Source: Botryllus schlosseri
Lineage: Eukaryota
Assembly: GCA_051294905.1 (NCBI GenBank)
Contig: CM119371.1
Span: forward strand, 18,042,001 to 18,106,000
Length of the DNA: 64,000 bases
Direction of reading: 5' to 3'
How positions within the stretch are numbered: the stretch's first letter is position 1; every line of letters starts with the position of its first letter. The translations under genes were made by a program, and so were the position numbers. The notes beneath the pieces are model-generated. The model made no database searches and was not told the DNA's origin. It saw nothing but the letters and a program-made list of their open reading frames with translations. Of this stretch, positions 37,374-51,000 are shown in pieces.

Positions 37374-38139
37374 CAGTGGTTCTCAATCCGGGTGGTGCGC
37401 CCCCCTTGGGTGCGCGGCAGGCTCTCAGGGGGACGCGAGAAATTGACAAGGCATGTATGAATTCTGACTAAACGTGTTTCACAGCTATTCTGAGAAGACG
37501 ATTGTTGAAAATGAAACTTATTTCGCAGTCAAGAAAGCTTGCCAAATACGAACTCCAGCAGTCCCGATCAACGTAGTATAGGTTGATTTCAACTTAATTC
37601 GAGCAAATTTGTGATATTCCTTGAAGATTTAGAGCAATTCCCACGTGTATGTCATTCATTACTTCATAGCTTTGGCAGTAGCTTAAAGCTCGGTGCGCTG
37701 GGTAGCTGTTGTTAATAGCTGACAAACTGCACTGCCCAAGACAGGCTTCAAAGATGAAATATAGGTTGCCCGGTTTCGCCCTCAATTAGGCTTCCCTAAA
37801 TCAACATCATTAATTCAATTCCAAAACTGATCAAATTTAGCATGACAGTACAGAACGACGCCGTGTTCTCTGTTGTCACTACCAGCATTAGGAATAGTCT
37901 CAGTGCAACCTAACTTGAAATAAATAGATGTCCTGTTCAATGTTTTTTGATCTTTTCAAACAAGTTTGGGAAAATTTGTCAGAAATGTTGAAGACGCAAC
38001 CACTAGAATGCGGATTCAAACTTGGCGTAAGACATACCATATGTATACTATTATATCTGGGATGGGCAACCTGCGACCGTATTAGATGATGTGCTCTTTT
38101 TGACATGATGATAAGTGCAGGGAGGTCAGGGGGCCGCTG
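37374..38139. mobile_element. Probable old Charlie-type hAT derivative
   Basis: Left TIR CAGTGGTTCTCAATCC. The right end is diverged. Flanks GTTTAGAT / GTTCAGAT. Confidence 0.4.
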
Positions 38140-38732
38140 GTTCAGATGTTATTGGAATACATTTGATTCATAATTTGGATAAAAAGAAGGTATTCCTTTG
38201 CTATTTCAGCTTGTACAATGTACATCTTTCAACAGTTTATTGGTCCCGGTTATAACATGTCCAATGTTGAGATATATCCTACCACCAAAATACCGAAACA
38301 GAACTATTGCTTCCACACATTTTCCTGTGTTACGTCAGAATGTGATTACCAATACTTAGCTGCAGGTACCAATACTGAACTGAAGTTATCTATGTCAACA
38401 AGGACTTCATGGGGACGGCTAAGCCCCTTGGGAGTCCGGTCTCTAGAGGTGAGCAAAATAGCGATTTTACTGACGTACAAGCAGACGAGCCGCCGTCAAT
38501 TTCTATTAAATAGAAATAAATATTTTCAAGCCCGGTCGTAATTACCTCAAGATAAGAATGGAAAATGAAAGGTCTGAAAATTACGCATGTGAGTAATTTG
38601 AAAAAGTATATTTAGTCTAAGCGAGGCAAACATGATTTACTAGCTCATCAGAGATGGCTGTACTTTCAGAATTGCAAAATCAATCTTCGCGACTAACGCA
38701 AAATGACCAATAATAACACTACAAGTGGCGAG

Positions 38733-39005
38733 ATAGGGTAGCGGTATAATCCACAACTGCAACACCAATGGGTTGTCGGTTCGAGTACGGCCGAGTTAGA
38801 CTCCAGAATTCCTACTTGAGTGTTGTTGGTTTATCTAGGCTCCTCTCGCCATCTCATCCGTGTGAGCGATGTCTTGTAAAAGCCTTAAAGTGGGCCGTGC
38901 TACAAGTCGGCAGAGACGGCATAAGAATGAGGAAAATCGGTCTGATGTAAATGACAATAGTAGTCGACAAACACCATGAATACCACAAACAAACAAACAA
39001 GCAAA
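38733..39005 (+). mobile_element. tRNA-derived SINE family 1
   Basis: Box A-like TAGCGGTAT, box B GGTTCGAGT, and 3' end gtcgacaaacaccatgaatacc(AAAC)n shared with 9232-9500. Confidence 0.8.
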
Positions 39006-39726
39006 TAACACTACAAACATGTGAATTTTCGACAACATACTCATTTGCGGTGATACTGAAGCGATATTACCAGATTGCTATGATAATTTCAGTCATAAAA
39101 GCGATGCAAAACCAATCTTAAACTAGAAACTAAAGTATTTGAGTAGGGAGCGCAAGTGTATAGCTAAAGCTACTGAGTACTCCGAACAAGTAGGGGTACA
39201 TCGTTATTGACCACGTCTAGTATCAAGGAACTCGGGCTTAGGAGAGGATAACGTATAAAATGGGGTCACTACGAAATCTAGAAACGCACTTTCCGATATT
39301 AGCTCCGGGCGATATAAACCGGATTGTTTTAATATCAAAAGCTGTGCCGCACTATATGCGTCTTGCAGGGTGTAGTAAACTGATCGCTTTAACTATTACC
39401 GTATTATAACTTTATCATGGAAACCCAAACGTGACATCTCAGTGACAGATGCAGACAGACATGCTATGCTGATCAAATCCTGTCATGAAATCAGTTTTGT
39501 AATTTACTACGATGTTGAGTGGCTATAAAATTACTGTTCAGTACATATTATCATCCTCTACATACTGGTGAAGATATATTTTCATGAGATACGATATGAA
39601 CAGCGACAGGCAATACGAATCTAGACTGATTCGAAAGTACAGTTTCAAAGCTATTGCAGCGCCGGCACGTCGTATATCTATCATTCGGAAAAAGCAGTTT
39701 TGATTGACAGCTCTCTGTATCGAGAT

Positions 39727-40241
39727 TAGGGCTGGGCAAAATCGAGTACCTGAGTGATTCGATTCTGAATCACGTAAAATGCTTCGAGTCGAGTCGAATA
39801 TTCGAGTATCACTCATTATGACGTCACAACAGAATGTAGTATGTCAAAGTCCAAATATGAACCTTTTATGCCACCACGAAGAACATGATGCCTGTTATTC
39901 GTCACATTAACGATACGTCGGTATTTTTTCGTCCATACCGATTTCATTGCGCTTCTTGACAATGTTGTGGGATGATCATGACTTCAGAAATGTGTTATTT
40001 CCAGTAACGTTCGTAGCTTTGTACTATGTCTCTTATGCTGCGACACGGCAAATCAAGGTTTCAAGGCTGCATCAGTGGAAAATAATATCAGACCAATAAT
40101 TCTCGTCAGCAAATTAACTTTCAGTTGCGAGGAGCGCATAATTTCAGTACTCGAAAAAATCGTATTTTACTACTCGACTCGAATCATTAAAATTAATACT
40201 CGATTCAGATTCGAGTACTCGAATCATTGTGCCTAGCCCTA
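39727..40241. mobile_element. 515-bp hAT MITE (TAGGGCTGGGC family)
   Basis: TSD ATCGAGAT at 39719-26 and 40242-49. Confidence 0.9.
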
Positions 40242-42042
40242 ATCGAGATATGCTAGCTTGAGCGAGTCGATTGCGCTTTCGAAGATTCCGATCAAGAGAT
40301 TGCGTAATGTGCATACAACGCGCGCCCGCACGGCGCACACACACTACAATATTGTGTGCACTGCACGTTCTAACTAAATCAAAACGCCGTTATTTTGAAG
40401 TACGACTGGTTTTCAGAGGTGCCAATAAAAAATAATTCATCGGAGTTTTCAAGTCGGTTTTGCCTACTTAAGCTACTTGCTCATAGGGTTATGGTTTTGG
40501 ATCAGGGCTCCTCAACTGGGTGTATCGTACACCCCGGCGTGTACCATAATTTTTAAAGGTGGTACCACTCGGATGGGGTGTACTGGATTGTACTAGATCC
40601 GCATTACAATGGACCGATGACAAGCTATCACAATAAATAGGCAAGTTTATGCTTCAGAACAGGTTGAAAGGATGTACAATATCGTATACTGTACTGTGAC
40701 ATATTGGTTCCTTTTGGAGTAGAACAGTGTGGAGGTAATTGTTAACGCGTGTTCAGCTTGCGATATCTGTCTCTACATAATGATTCTCGGGGCAACGGCC
40801 GCGATATCTCAGAAATTTTGAATTGGTACTTCCTGCGAGATGCTTACAAATAGAGCAATGTACAGTACATAGTTGCAGACGCGTAGCGAGGGGGTCTCTA
40901 TCGGGTGTCGAATCTGAGAACCATATAGTGTTATAGATGGTAGTCCAGTCCAGTCGTTGATTTTATTTAGCATTTCCTCTACGTAGCAGCCTTGTTCATC
41001 CTTATTTCGATTAGGCCAGGGGTGGCCAACCTGCGGACGTACGACCGCGCAACCGAAAAACTATAATTATGCGACCGTCTGCATATAATTAAATTAGCGT
41101 GTGTTAGCGGCCGTCAATATGCAATCTGAATTTACGGACTAGTTCCCAAATCTTTGAGAAACTTCAATTCAACCCAAAAATTTTCTTGACGCTTTGCGCC
41201 ATTCATGGAGACTTGAATTTTTCGTTTTTACATAAAAGTGACCTTACAATCTGAGCCCCACCGTACACCGCGCGCAACTTTGAGAACAATAATGAGTCCT
41301 ATAACGAAATACCAAGTTGGAATCGTGTGCGTCTCACGAATTAAAATTTTTCAGGTACGCTTTGGAGATCACACTATATTTTGACTGTATACCGACAATC
41401 CGGACGGGAGAACAAGAAATAACAACCTGTAACTAAGTCGTTCCTAAAAACCGGAAAATGCATCATCAATAATTTTGTGACGAAATTGTTCGTATACTTA
41501 CACACCCTCCACCAGGTCTACCGGTTAATCTGATCAAGTGGGCTAAGAATAGATAAATATTTGACAGTAATGTGTGAAACTTCCGATATTATCGACCGTA
41601 TGGTGTAAGAGAAGTCGGGTTATGCATAGCAATAAGGTTGAACATCCTGGATTAGGCTTACCATGGCATCGGTGTGATACGAGGTCAGAAGTGTACGAGT
41701 TGTACAGTTTAGGAGAAAATGGTCGATGGTTCCGGGGATATGTGTTACCCTGTAGTTCCTTCCGAACACAGTGTGGTACGACGTGGACGCGCGTGTGTTG
41801 TAACTATGTACTGTACACACTACCCCGAATTCAATCCAACGGAATCATGACTATTATTTAACATTCATTATTCAACTGAAATAAACCTAATGCATGCACA
41901 TTTTTGTATTTTATTATATTCAAGGATCTTTGAGAGCTTGATCAACATACGCAGAAAGATATTAAAGTCGTGGGGTGTTGAAAGGGATTCGAAGGACCCT
42001 GCCCCACGCATTTTCCATTTGTTCGAACTATATCTCCGAGAA

Positions 42043-45000
42043 ATGATAAGATATAGGTGGATACCGTTTGCTTTGTTGATAGCTACTGCTGCGTTGCTAA
42101 GACGGTGGTACCACGAACACAACTACCAAATACAATCGAACACAAAACCACATATCTTCGACGGAATCACTTTGGCGGATCATAACGACAAAGAGAATAA
42201 CGTCAGCCAAAGTATTATTCAGACACCGTCAGCAGATGAAGATCATTACGGTTTTTTGTATGGAAACGAACTTCACGAAGCAATAAAGAGGGCGGCTGCG
42301 GCGCCGAAAAAGGTACAGATTGGATGCCCTAGTTCTGTCTATAATTAGGGCTGGGCAAAATCGAGTACCTGAGTGATTCGATTCTGAATCACGTAATATA
42401 CTTCGAGTCGAGTCGAGTATTCGAGTACCATTCATTATGACGTCATAACCGAATGTAATATGTCGAAGTTCAAATATGTTGACTTATGCCACAGCAAAGA
42501 ATATAATGCCTGATATTCATTACATTAAAAGATACTTGGGTAAATTTTTCGACCATACCGATTCAACTGCACTTTGTGACAATGTTGTGGGATGATCATG
42601 ACTTCGTAAATGTGCAATTTCTAGTAACGTTCTCAGATTTTCACTATGTTTTGTATGCTGGGATACGTACATTCAAGGTTTCAAGGCTATACCACAATGG
42701 AAAACAGTATCGTAAATTTGATTATCGTTAATAAATTAAATTTCAGTGGCAAAGAGCGTATAATTTCAGTACTCGAAAAAATCGTCTTTGACTACTCGAC
42801 TCGAATCATTAAAATTAATACTCGATTCAGATTCGAGTACTCGAATCATTGTGCCCAGTCCTGTCTATAATATATGTCTATATATAGGCTATTTTCGTTG
42901 GTGATCAGCAACGACATCCTTCTACCTATTCGAAGTACTTATTCCTGTATTTTGCCGACTTACACTATTCTTTGTTAAGTGGTTATGTTCGTAGATTAAT
43001 TACATTTATAATTCAAAAGTTTTGTAACCGTTTTCTAATACCCACTTTATACAGTTAAGGTGCTGTTGATACTCAATTGATCTGTCTTCACGCAACAGGT
43101 AATACTATCATGGAATCCAGGAGGCAAGGAATCGTGTTCGTTGGACTTGCCGAGAGGGTGTGGAGGGTGCCTAGTACGTGACGATAATCAGTTAGTGAGT
43201 TTATGATATATTAATCAATGAGTTATATTTTTCATCGAAACAAGTCACACACAATGTACAATGCGATAAGACGCAATGCGATGTAATGAATAGATAGGAG
43301 GATGTCGAACGATACGCAGTTGCGATCCTTTTAATGTCACATCCACCTCGGCCTAGAACAGTGGTTCTCAACCTTTTCCACCTCGCGGACCGGAAAAAAT
43401 TTCAAAACATATTTCGCGGACCGGTGGACTTTCAGAAATTGAAATCAACCCAAAATGTTGAGTGTGAAGCCGTTTTTTGCAAGTATATGGTGCTAGAGAG
43501 TGACATTTTAGGGTTCTGATCGTACTTAATTATGTTCATGATGGTATCCATGAGATTTTTCGGTAGTGAGTCTGCTGCGTCAAGGTAAAATTGCCTTGCC
43601 CAGATAAACGTGCTACCGCGGAGAGTCGTTTACAGTCTTTCGCCCCATATGCCCTGGATTTAACCGACCATGTCAACTCGAATAATATTATTCTCTTCGA
43701 CAATATCGTGAGAAAAAGTGTTTGGGAGTCGAACCAAGCACCTTGTCGTGCTACCTTGCTGAATGCTGATTGCTCACTGCCACCAGACGTAGGTTACTCT
43801 GGCTACTACGGAGACAATGCGCCGCACGAAAACACCTGACAACAGCTATACCTGGCCAATGGACATACACAAAACCAGTGCCTAAAAGGCACTTTGTCAG
43901 TCAACCCCCCGAAAAAACGTTAGTCTTGGGCCTCACAGCTAGATGAATGCTCTCTCCACTGCTTGAGAGCACATCCGTTCTACTAAGTGCCGGCAGAGAG
44001 TCTACGTAGCCTAATCGCTAGAAGCGTGGAAATTTGCTATAATTCATGACCGAATCCGTCAATAATATTGGTAATTGCGTACATATTTCTATATTTTATT
44101 TTATCCTATCATAATCAGATTCTCCGGTTGAGCTGAGTGAGGTGTCGTCTTGGAAAATTTATGGCATGTAATCAAATTAAACATATTCGGGCTGGACTGT
44201 TGCAATAATTACTTTGTTGCATGTCATTAATTCATCACCTACTGTCTGTTATATAGTGAAGAGATATTGAAATCGCCCAAGCGTACTAAGCTAAAAGAAG
44301 CACGCGATTCTAAATTGCTATTTCTTCACTGGAAAATAACTTTCTCTGTGGGATGATGGCGTTTTTCCTGTGGGGTACAGATTGCCAGTACAGGGAAATT
44401 CGGCTCCAGTCATTTAGGTGCCTATATGCACAATTTGACATATTTATATCTCGGTTTGTGGTCTACAAAGGGCAGTCATTTTCAGCCAAGGTTTTGTCGC
44501 TGCCAAATATTTGGCACACTTTTCGCAGTCCTGTATTAGCCCAAACTTCATCATGCATTGGTGCGTCGTGGCGCGGCAATGGCTGACGACGAAAATGCCT
44601 GATCACTCGATATCCAATTTATTTAGTGACAGCAAATCGGACGAAGTGTGACATATTTGTTTTTGAAAGTTGGATGAAGTTTCAACTAAAATAATCTTCA
44701 GTTTATGTTCATTCACGAAATAACTTTTGGCTCTTTCAAGCTCGGCCCCTATCAATAAGGGGTTGTAGTGTGGCAGTTAGGCCTACTATAGTTACTATAC
44801 TGCACAAAATGAATGAATGGAAAACGAATCATCGCGCAAACTGCGCATTTTAGCAAGTCAGCTTGTACTATGGTCGCTCACATGTCGTCAAATGACACGG
44901 CTTGAACTTCAAGTCAAATGTTTCCAGACCAAATGCTACCTCACGAAGTTCTCAATCAGTTTAAATTTTGATGCTTTATTGATTTTATCAATGGACAAGC

Positions 45001-48000
45001 CTTCAATATATTGGACCTTGAAATTAACGTATAAAATTGTTAAATGCCTGGCGAACCGGCAGGAAAGTAAGTCGTCGCGGACCGGCGGTTGAGAACCACT
45101 AACCTAGAGTGTCCGATGTCACAGTTCTTTTCGATGTTGATCTTTTTGAAGCCGCAGCGCTTTCTAGTTCTTTTCATTTCTTGTGAGTGCTTTCTTCCGT
45201 CGGGTCTTTTTCTGGGCTTTTTTGTCGCCGTTAAAACGGCGACAGCGGGGTAAGAGCAGCCCAGATAAATCTCCGACAGGAATCGAACTAGGTCCGCCAA
45301 ATTAGTTGGCGCTTATCGTCACCACTACGCTATGTACTTGTACAGACTAAAGACTGACGAGACGTTGCACACCGCTGTGGGCATTTACATTGCTTACGAC
45401 TTGCTGCTGGGTGATGAATATGTAGAATTTCCATTTCCAGGCCGAATGTTCTTTCATCCCTGTATACCATGGGATGCATTCAGCGGCTATAATGACCGCA
45501 TGAAGCTTTGCGATTGCTACAGAAAGGCCTGCTTAGTAATTCACCATATATCCGTAAGGTGGCGGCAGTCACCAATATACAGATCTGGGCACAATGAATC
45601 CAGTATAGCCTACTCGAATCAGAATCGAGCATTAATTCTAATGATGAGAATAGAGAAGTGAGAGATGATTGTTTCGAGCACTGAAACAATAAGCTCCTTG
45701 CCACTACGAGATTTATGTTTCGATATTATTTTCCACTGTGGAACGCTGCAAACATCAAATTGTTATAACCAAGCATACGAAATATATAGTACGAAGTTAT
45801 ATACTTATCTAATTGGAAATGACATATATCTGTGAAGTAATGATCAACCCACAGCATTATCACAAAGTGCAATGAAATAGGTATGGTCGAATATATCAAA
45901 TATTCTTCTGCTGCGATATAGAAATGGCAACGCAGCATGACACCTACCAGTGTAGAATCGTCGAAAATATGTTCAGTCACAATGATAAAAGTGCTATTTC
46001 TCTCAGTTCCTACGACAATTTTACTTATAAAACTCAGAGATATCTAGAACTTCTAGAAATTCCTGATAAACCAGATTCAAGCCGATCCCGGAACCACTTT
46101 CTTCCAAATTCATATTGTATTTTGATAGTGGTTTTGCCTAAAGCTGTCCAAGTATAAGTCGAAGTAGTCTTTCAAAACAATAACTAATAATGGATATCAA
46201 ATGGATGTCTGATCTCAAAGACTACTCCAAGTCGTTTTTGCACCTTCCTATCGTTTGATTGTATCCCAGTTTTGTGGTGTTTTGAAATGATGAAAATATT
46301 ATTAAGCTGATAGTGAATCAATATCATTGAGGTGGAAAACATAATTATTGATTACACTGGTATACAAATTCCGAAGAAAATTTGGGACAAAAACTTTAAT
46401 GATTGATTTAGGCTAATTTAAGGTTGCTGAATCCGCTTCTGTGCTCAGAATTTCTCTATCACGTCAAATTTTTCCGTATGAATTTATCTCTAATCAAATT
46501 TCGGCTTTCGTCTGTGACATCACGGTTAGCATAAAACACCAACAGATCAAATATTGTTATTGAAATCATCTATCATGAAACCTGAGTTGTTGCAGTACAG
46601 AATGAGTGAATTTTGCTGAGCTTGAATCCAGTATTTTCTATCTTCGTTCAATCAGAAGCTCTTTTCGACCCATAAAATTACACTGATCTACAAATTTCAA
46701 TAATAAATTTGCTCCAAATATTTTCATGATTGATTTAGGCTAATATTAGGTTGTGAATCCGATTCTGCGCTCAGAATTTCTCTATCACGTCAATTTTCTT
46801 CGGGATGTATTTTTCTCATTTTAATAAATTGATCAAATTTCAGCTTTCGTTAGTGACATTACGGTGAGCGTACAACTGCAACAAAACAAATATTGTTATT
46901 GAAATCATCTAATATGATGAAGCCTGGGTTGTTATAAAACATAATAACTGAGTTTTCGGTGAACTTGAATCCATTGGTTCTCTATCTTCTTTCGATCAGG
47001 ACCTCTTTACACGTGGATGCAACTAATTCTAGTCGGTAGCAGTCATCATCTTTATATACCAATCTTCATGTAACGATTGTGATCAGAAGCTCCGTACCCA
47101 ATTTAGTTTCCTGCGTTATCTTTCTTTATACATCTATCCTGCAGACTTAATCGATCAATGCATTTTGTAACAGCACACTGCTCTTTAGTAAAACGTAAAA
47201 ATTTGCAAACAACAAACATTGTATTGTTGGTATATTATGTTAAAGAGAATTGTTCACTCGGGTGCATAACCTAAGTATGTGGCCCTTTAAGCTTGTTTTG
47301 AAACATTAGAAGAAGCAGGGTGCCTGCTTTTCTAAAGAAAAAAGAGGCTTATCATGATAACCTGAAAGAATTTATAATCACTAATCTACGCCGGTACTTA
47401 TCACGCTAATTCTTCTTCTCCAGTTTTCATGTTGTGTTACATTTTATCGGAATCGAGGAAAGCTGTTTCTGAACGCTTAATTTTTTCTGGTTTATTGTCA
47501 TGGTATAAAGGGCTTCTTTTACATTGTCTATTATAGACAACCAGATAAATGGAGACTGCTTACTAACAGCTGAACACCAAACCTGAAGTGTGTTTTACTT
47601 CACAATAGAAATAAATATGCATCGGTTTTTGGACAGTCGATCCGCCTCTATACATAGGATATTTTCTGGCCTACACCAAATACCATGTGTTTTATGCTGG
47701 AAGAGAGCCAGAAATTGCCATTGGTTAATTTCCAGTGATGTTTTATATGGTTTCGAGGCTTTTTTCTAGTTTTTGCAGGATTAAATGTCAGTTCTAAATA
47801 CAACCAGCTTACATTTTGGGTGGTTTCTGATTTGCCCTATTACTTTACTATGAACAAGAGTTGGTCGAAAGGATCTGTGTTGCTACTCGACTAGCACAAG
47901 TAACGCCTTTCACGTATACTCAATTATAAGTGGAAGTAATAATTTCCAAGACATCCGAAAACTATTTCAAGCGGAATACGAAATTAAAGGTTCCAGAAAG

Positions 48001-51000
48001 TCAGTTAATATTTAAGTATATTTGGTCGGTGGGAGGGTGGTCGCATACATTCAACATTTAGTCGGAGGTGACTACATACAAAATCGCAAGATGCACCGTT
48101 GTAGCTAACGGATAATGACTATGATGACACCACCGATAAGTAAAACCTTTGAAAATTTTATTCAGTTACCGTGATTCAGAGGCTATTTCACGCGTTTCTT
48201 CTGACAATTTAACTCATGAAAGCGGTCGAACATTCTCTTGAACTACTTTCTACTTTACAAAAACCTAATTGCAAATGTAATTAGTTCATCCAGAATACTG
48301 CTCAGGTAGATGTTGAAGTTAGTTGTAAAACATTACAACATCAGTAAGTACTGCAAGTATCCCAAATCTACTTGATAACCTCGAAAAAGTAGAAATATTC
48401 AACATATATGATATCTCAACAACGTGATAGAGCAAAAATAACGTCATATTCGTATTCAGCGCCCCCCCCCCCCCCCCATCTCAAATTAGGTATAATTGAC
48501 CTAAAGAAGTCCTGGCGCAAAAATCGTGTGGACTAGTGTTATTAACATCACAGATCAATGAGGCACGAACCGAAGCGGTCGTTATTCGCCATTACTACAC
48601 ATCGTGGAGTCAAAGGCCGAGAGTCAAGTAAGATTGCCTTTGCTACAGTAACAAGAAGCATTTCAAACGAGAACATACTATAGTATGCCTGATCGATTCT
48701 TGAACTGATGCGATACCCTGACCATAGAGTTCCAAGAGAGCGATTTCTCGATATCGAGGGAGCGATGAGTCTAGATTAGTTCCTCAGCTGGTACTACTTC
48801 TACCATTGCCAGTGGTAGAATCAATGTCATCCTGACATTCAAAAATTCAGAATGGTATGTCAGGGATATCTAGAAGTTTCTAGATATCCCTGTGCTATGT
48901 GTAAACAAGATGCGCCGGTTGGGGATAAGTCTTGCGGATAGCATGTGTCGGAACATAGTAGTGATAATACCATGGCAGACGGTACTGCCATCATATATAA
49001 TGTTGATTCTGTGAAGACGTGGTCAAAGAATCGCAACATGACTGTAATGCCATTTTCGAGGAGATTCGGTAACCATTTAAGTCAGGGGTCGGCAACCTTT
49101 TGCTAGTCACGGGCCGAATTTCGGGCCGGAATTTTTCTTAATACTATATTTATCGCTAACGTCGGTATATTACCCTACAATGCTGCAATCTCAATCATAC
49201 AAATCACAAAAACAGCAAAACACATGTATTTACACTTCAACAACGCAGGATAAATGTGACACTTGGCGCAGCTTGCTTTGTGAAAGGTTTTCAACTTCTG
49301 GTAACAAGTCACATGAAGCAAGAATCAGATCATATTCTAAATGGGCGTTCGAATACGTGATCTTGGCTTGCTTTTCGTGAATTTCATTGTTGAAAACAAA
49401 AGTAGATGCCATTTCTTTTGCATTGTTGGTCAAGCTGGGATAAAGACCCATTTCAAGAACGTACTCTTTGTCAAAGTTATTCAGCGATATGCTCTTTGTT
49501 TGAAATTTGTCATTCAATTCAATTGCATCGCATTTCAAATGGGCCCATTTGAAATTTTCTGGCAATGGTTTGGGCGTCCACATTAAACGGAGTACTGAGT
49601 AGTCAAAATTTATTTTGTAGTGAACGAATGTCGGAAAAGCGTTGCAAATTCAATTTGTTTAGATGTGACGTTAAATGTACTACGAAAGCTAGATTAGATG
49701 CCCATTTTCGATGACAAGATTATGAGTCGGCGATGTTTGTATTTTCAAGGAAAGTTGCTATTTCATTTCTCCGTTCATACACCCGTGCAAGCATAGCTTC
49801 TCGACTTGATGCGCGAACAGGGCAGATATACAAGACATCGCCATATTGATGCTCTGTTTCTAGTAATATCTGAGGTAGGCTAACTGTCGGTGATTCAGTT
49901 TGTGACACAAAATCAGCTTTCACCATTGTCCAAAACACTATTCAGGTTTGTTGTCTTCGCGTAAAATGTCTTCTGGTGAATGAAACTACAGATGACTAAC
50001 CTACGGATGCTAGTTATCTAAAATGAAACAGGGAAAGTTTGAGATTTTGTCATTGCGTCTGAGCAGAGGAACGGCACCTTTATTGTCGCACCCTATCTGA
50101 GTGACAAACCCTTAAAAAAGTATGGTATACCCTCGGTTGCGCGATACACCCACTCGATAAGCACTGGTCTAGTCTACTCCACATACATTCTCCATCTCCT
50201 ACTTTTAGTACGAGATAGGCTACTAGTGGACCGTCGACCGCCTTCGAACCAGTTTTATGGCGTAACAATAGACTAATACGACGTAGGATACTTTATATCG
50301 GAGCAATGCCGCATTCTTTCCAAGCAGTGCTGCACTGCAAATTGGAACTCAATACGAAACGGCGGGCCGTATTCTCGTGGTAACTAGTTATTTCGTCGCG
50401 AGCCGGACGATTTCGCTTGGCGGGCCGGATCCGGCCCGCGGGCCGTAGGTTGCCGAGCCTTGATTTAAGTCATGGAGGTGATGCAAACATACAACTAAAA
50501 TACCTCTACTTTACAATATTAAGGTAAGCAGTGCTGCTCTAAATACTGTAAAAGTACAATTGAATGTAGTTAGAAGAAATCCACACTTAGTTGAGTATTC
50601 CGAAACAGTCGAAGTAGCCTACTTAGCAGTACTGACGTGACCACCTCTGGTTCAGTGAGCACAAAGACCTTACTATAGTAATCACGTAACTCTGCCCATT
50701 CAAACACATTCCAGCATACACGGTGTTCCGTGACTTATGGCTGTTTAAGTACTTGGTATTTACAGACACCTGCCATCTTGAATCGAGACGAGCCATGATA
50801 GCCCGACATTGGCAGCGCATTCTTCATGAATTCAGACTAGTTCACACCTATTTCAGGATGTCATGTGCAAGAATGGATGATGCGGTTATCTTTCCTGGTG
50901 TCAATATCATTCCCAGCTGGTGATGAAAATAGACAGCTTATTTTGAGTGTTATTTCTTTACTCAGACGCAATCCCAACCAATACTGGATCTGGAGATGCG

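Noticed and set aside
48462-48477. C16 homopolymer (and a G-run near 31867) as possible G-quadruplex elements
   Set aside because: These are isolated homopolymers of uncertain length with no supporting context.
50873-50896. DDAVIF motif suggesting a frameshifted exon in gene B
   Set aside because: Comparison with paralog A places a conserved 117-nt exon with its own acceptor at 50966, so this stretch is more simply intron sequence. It is kept only as part of the unresolved-splicing finding.
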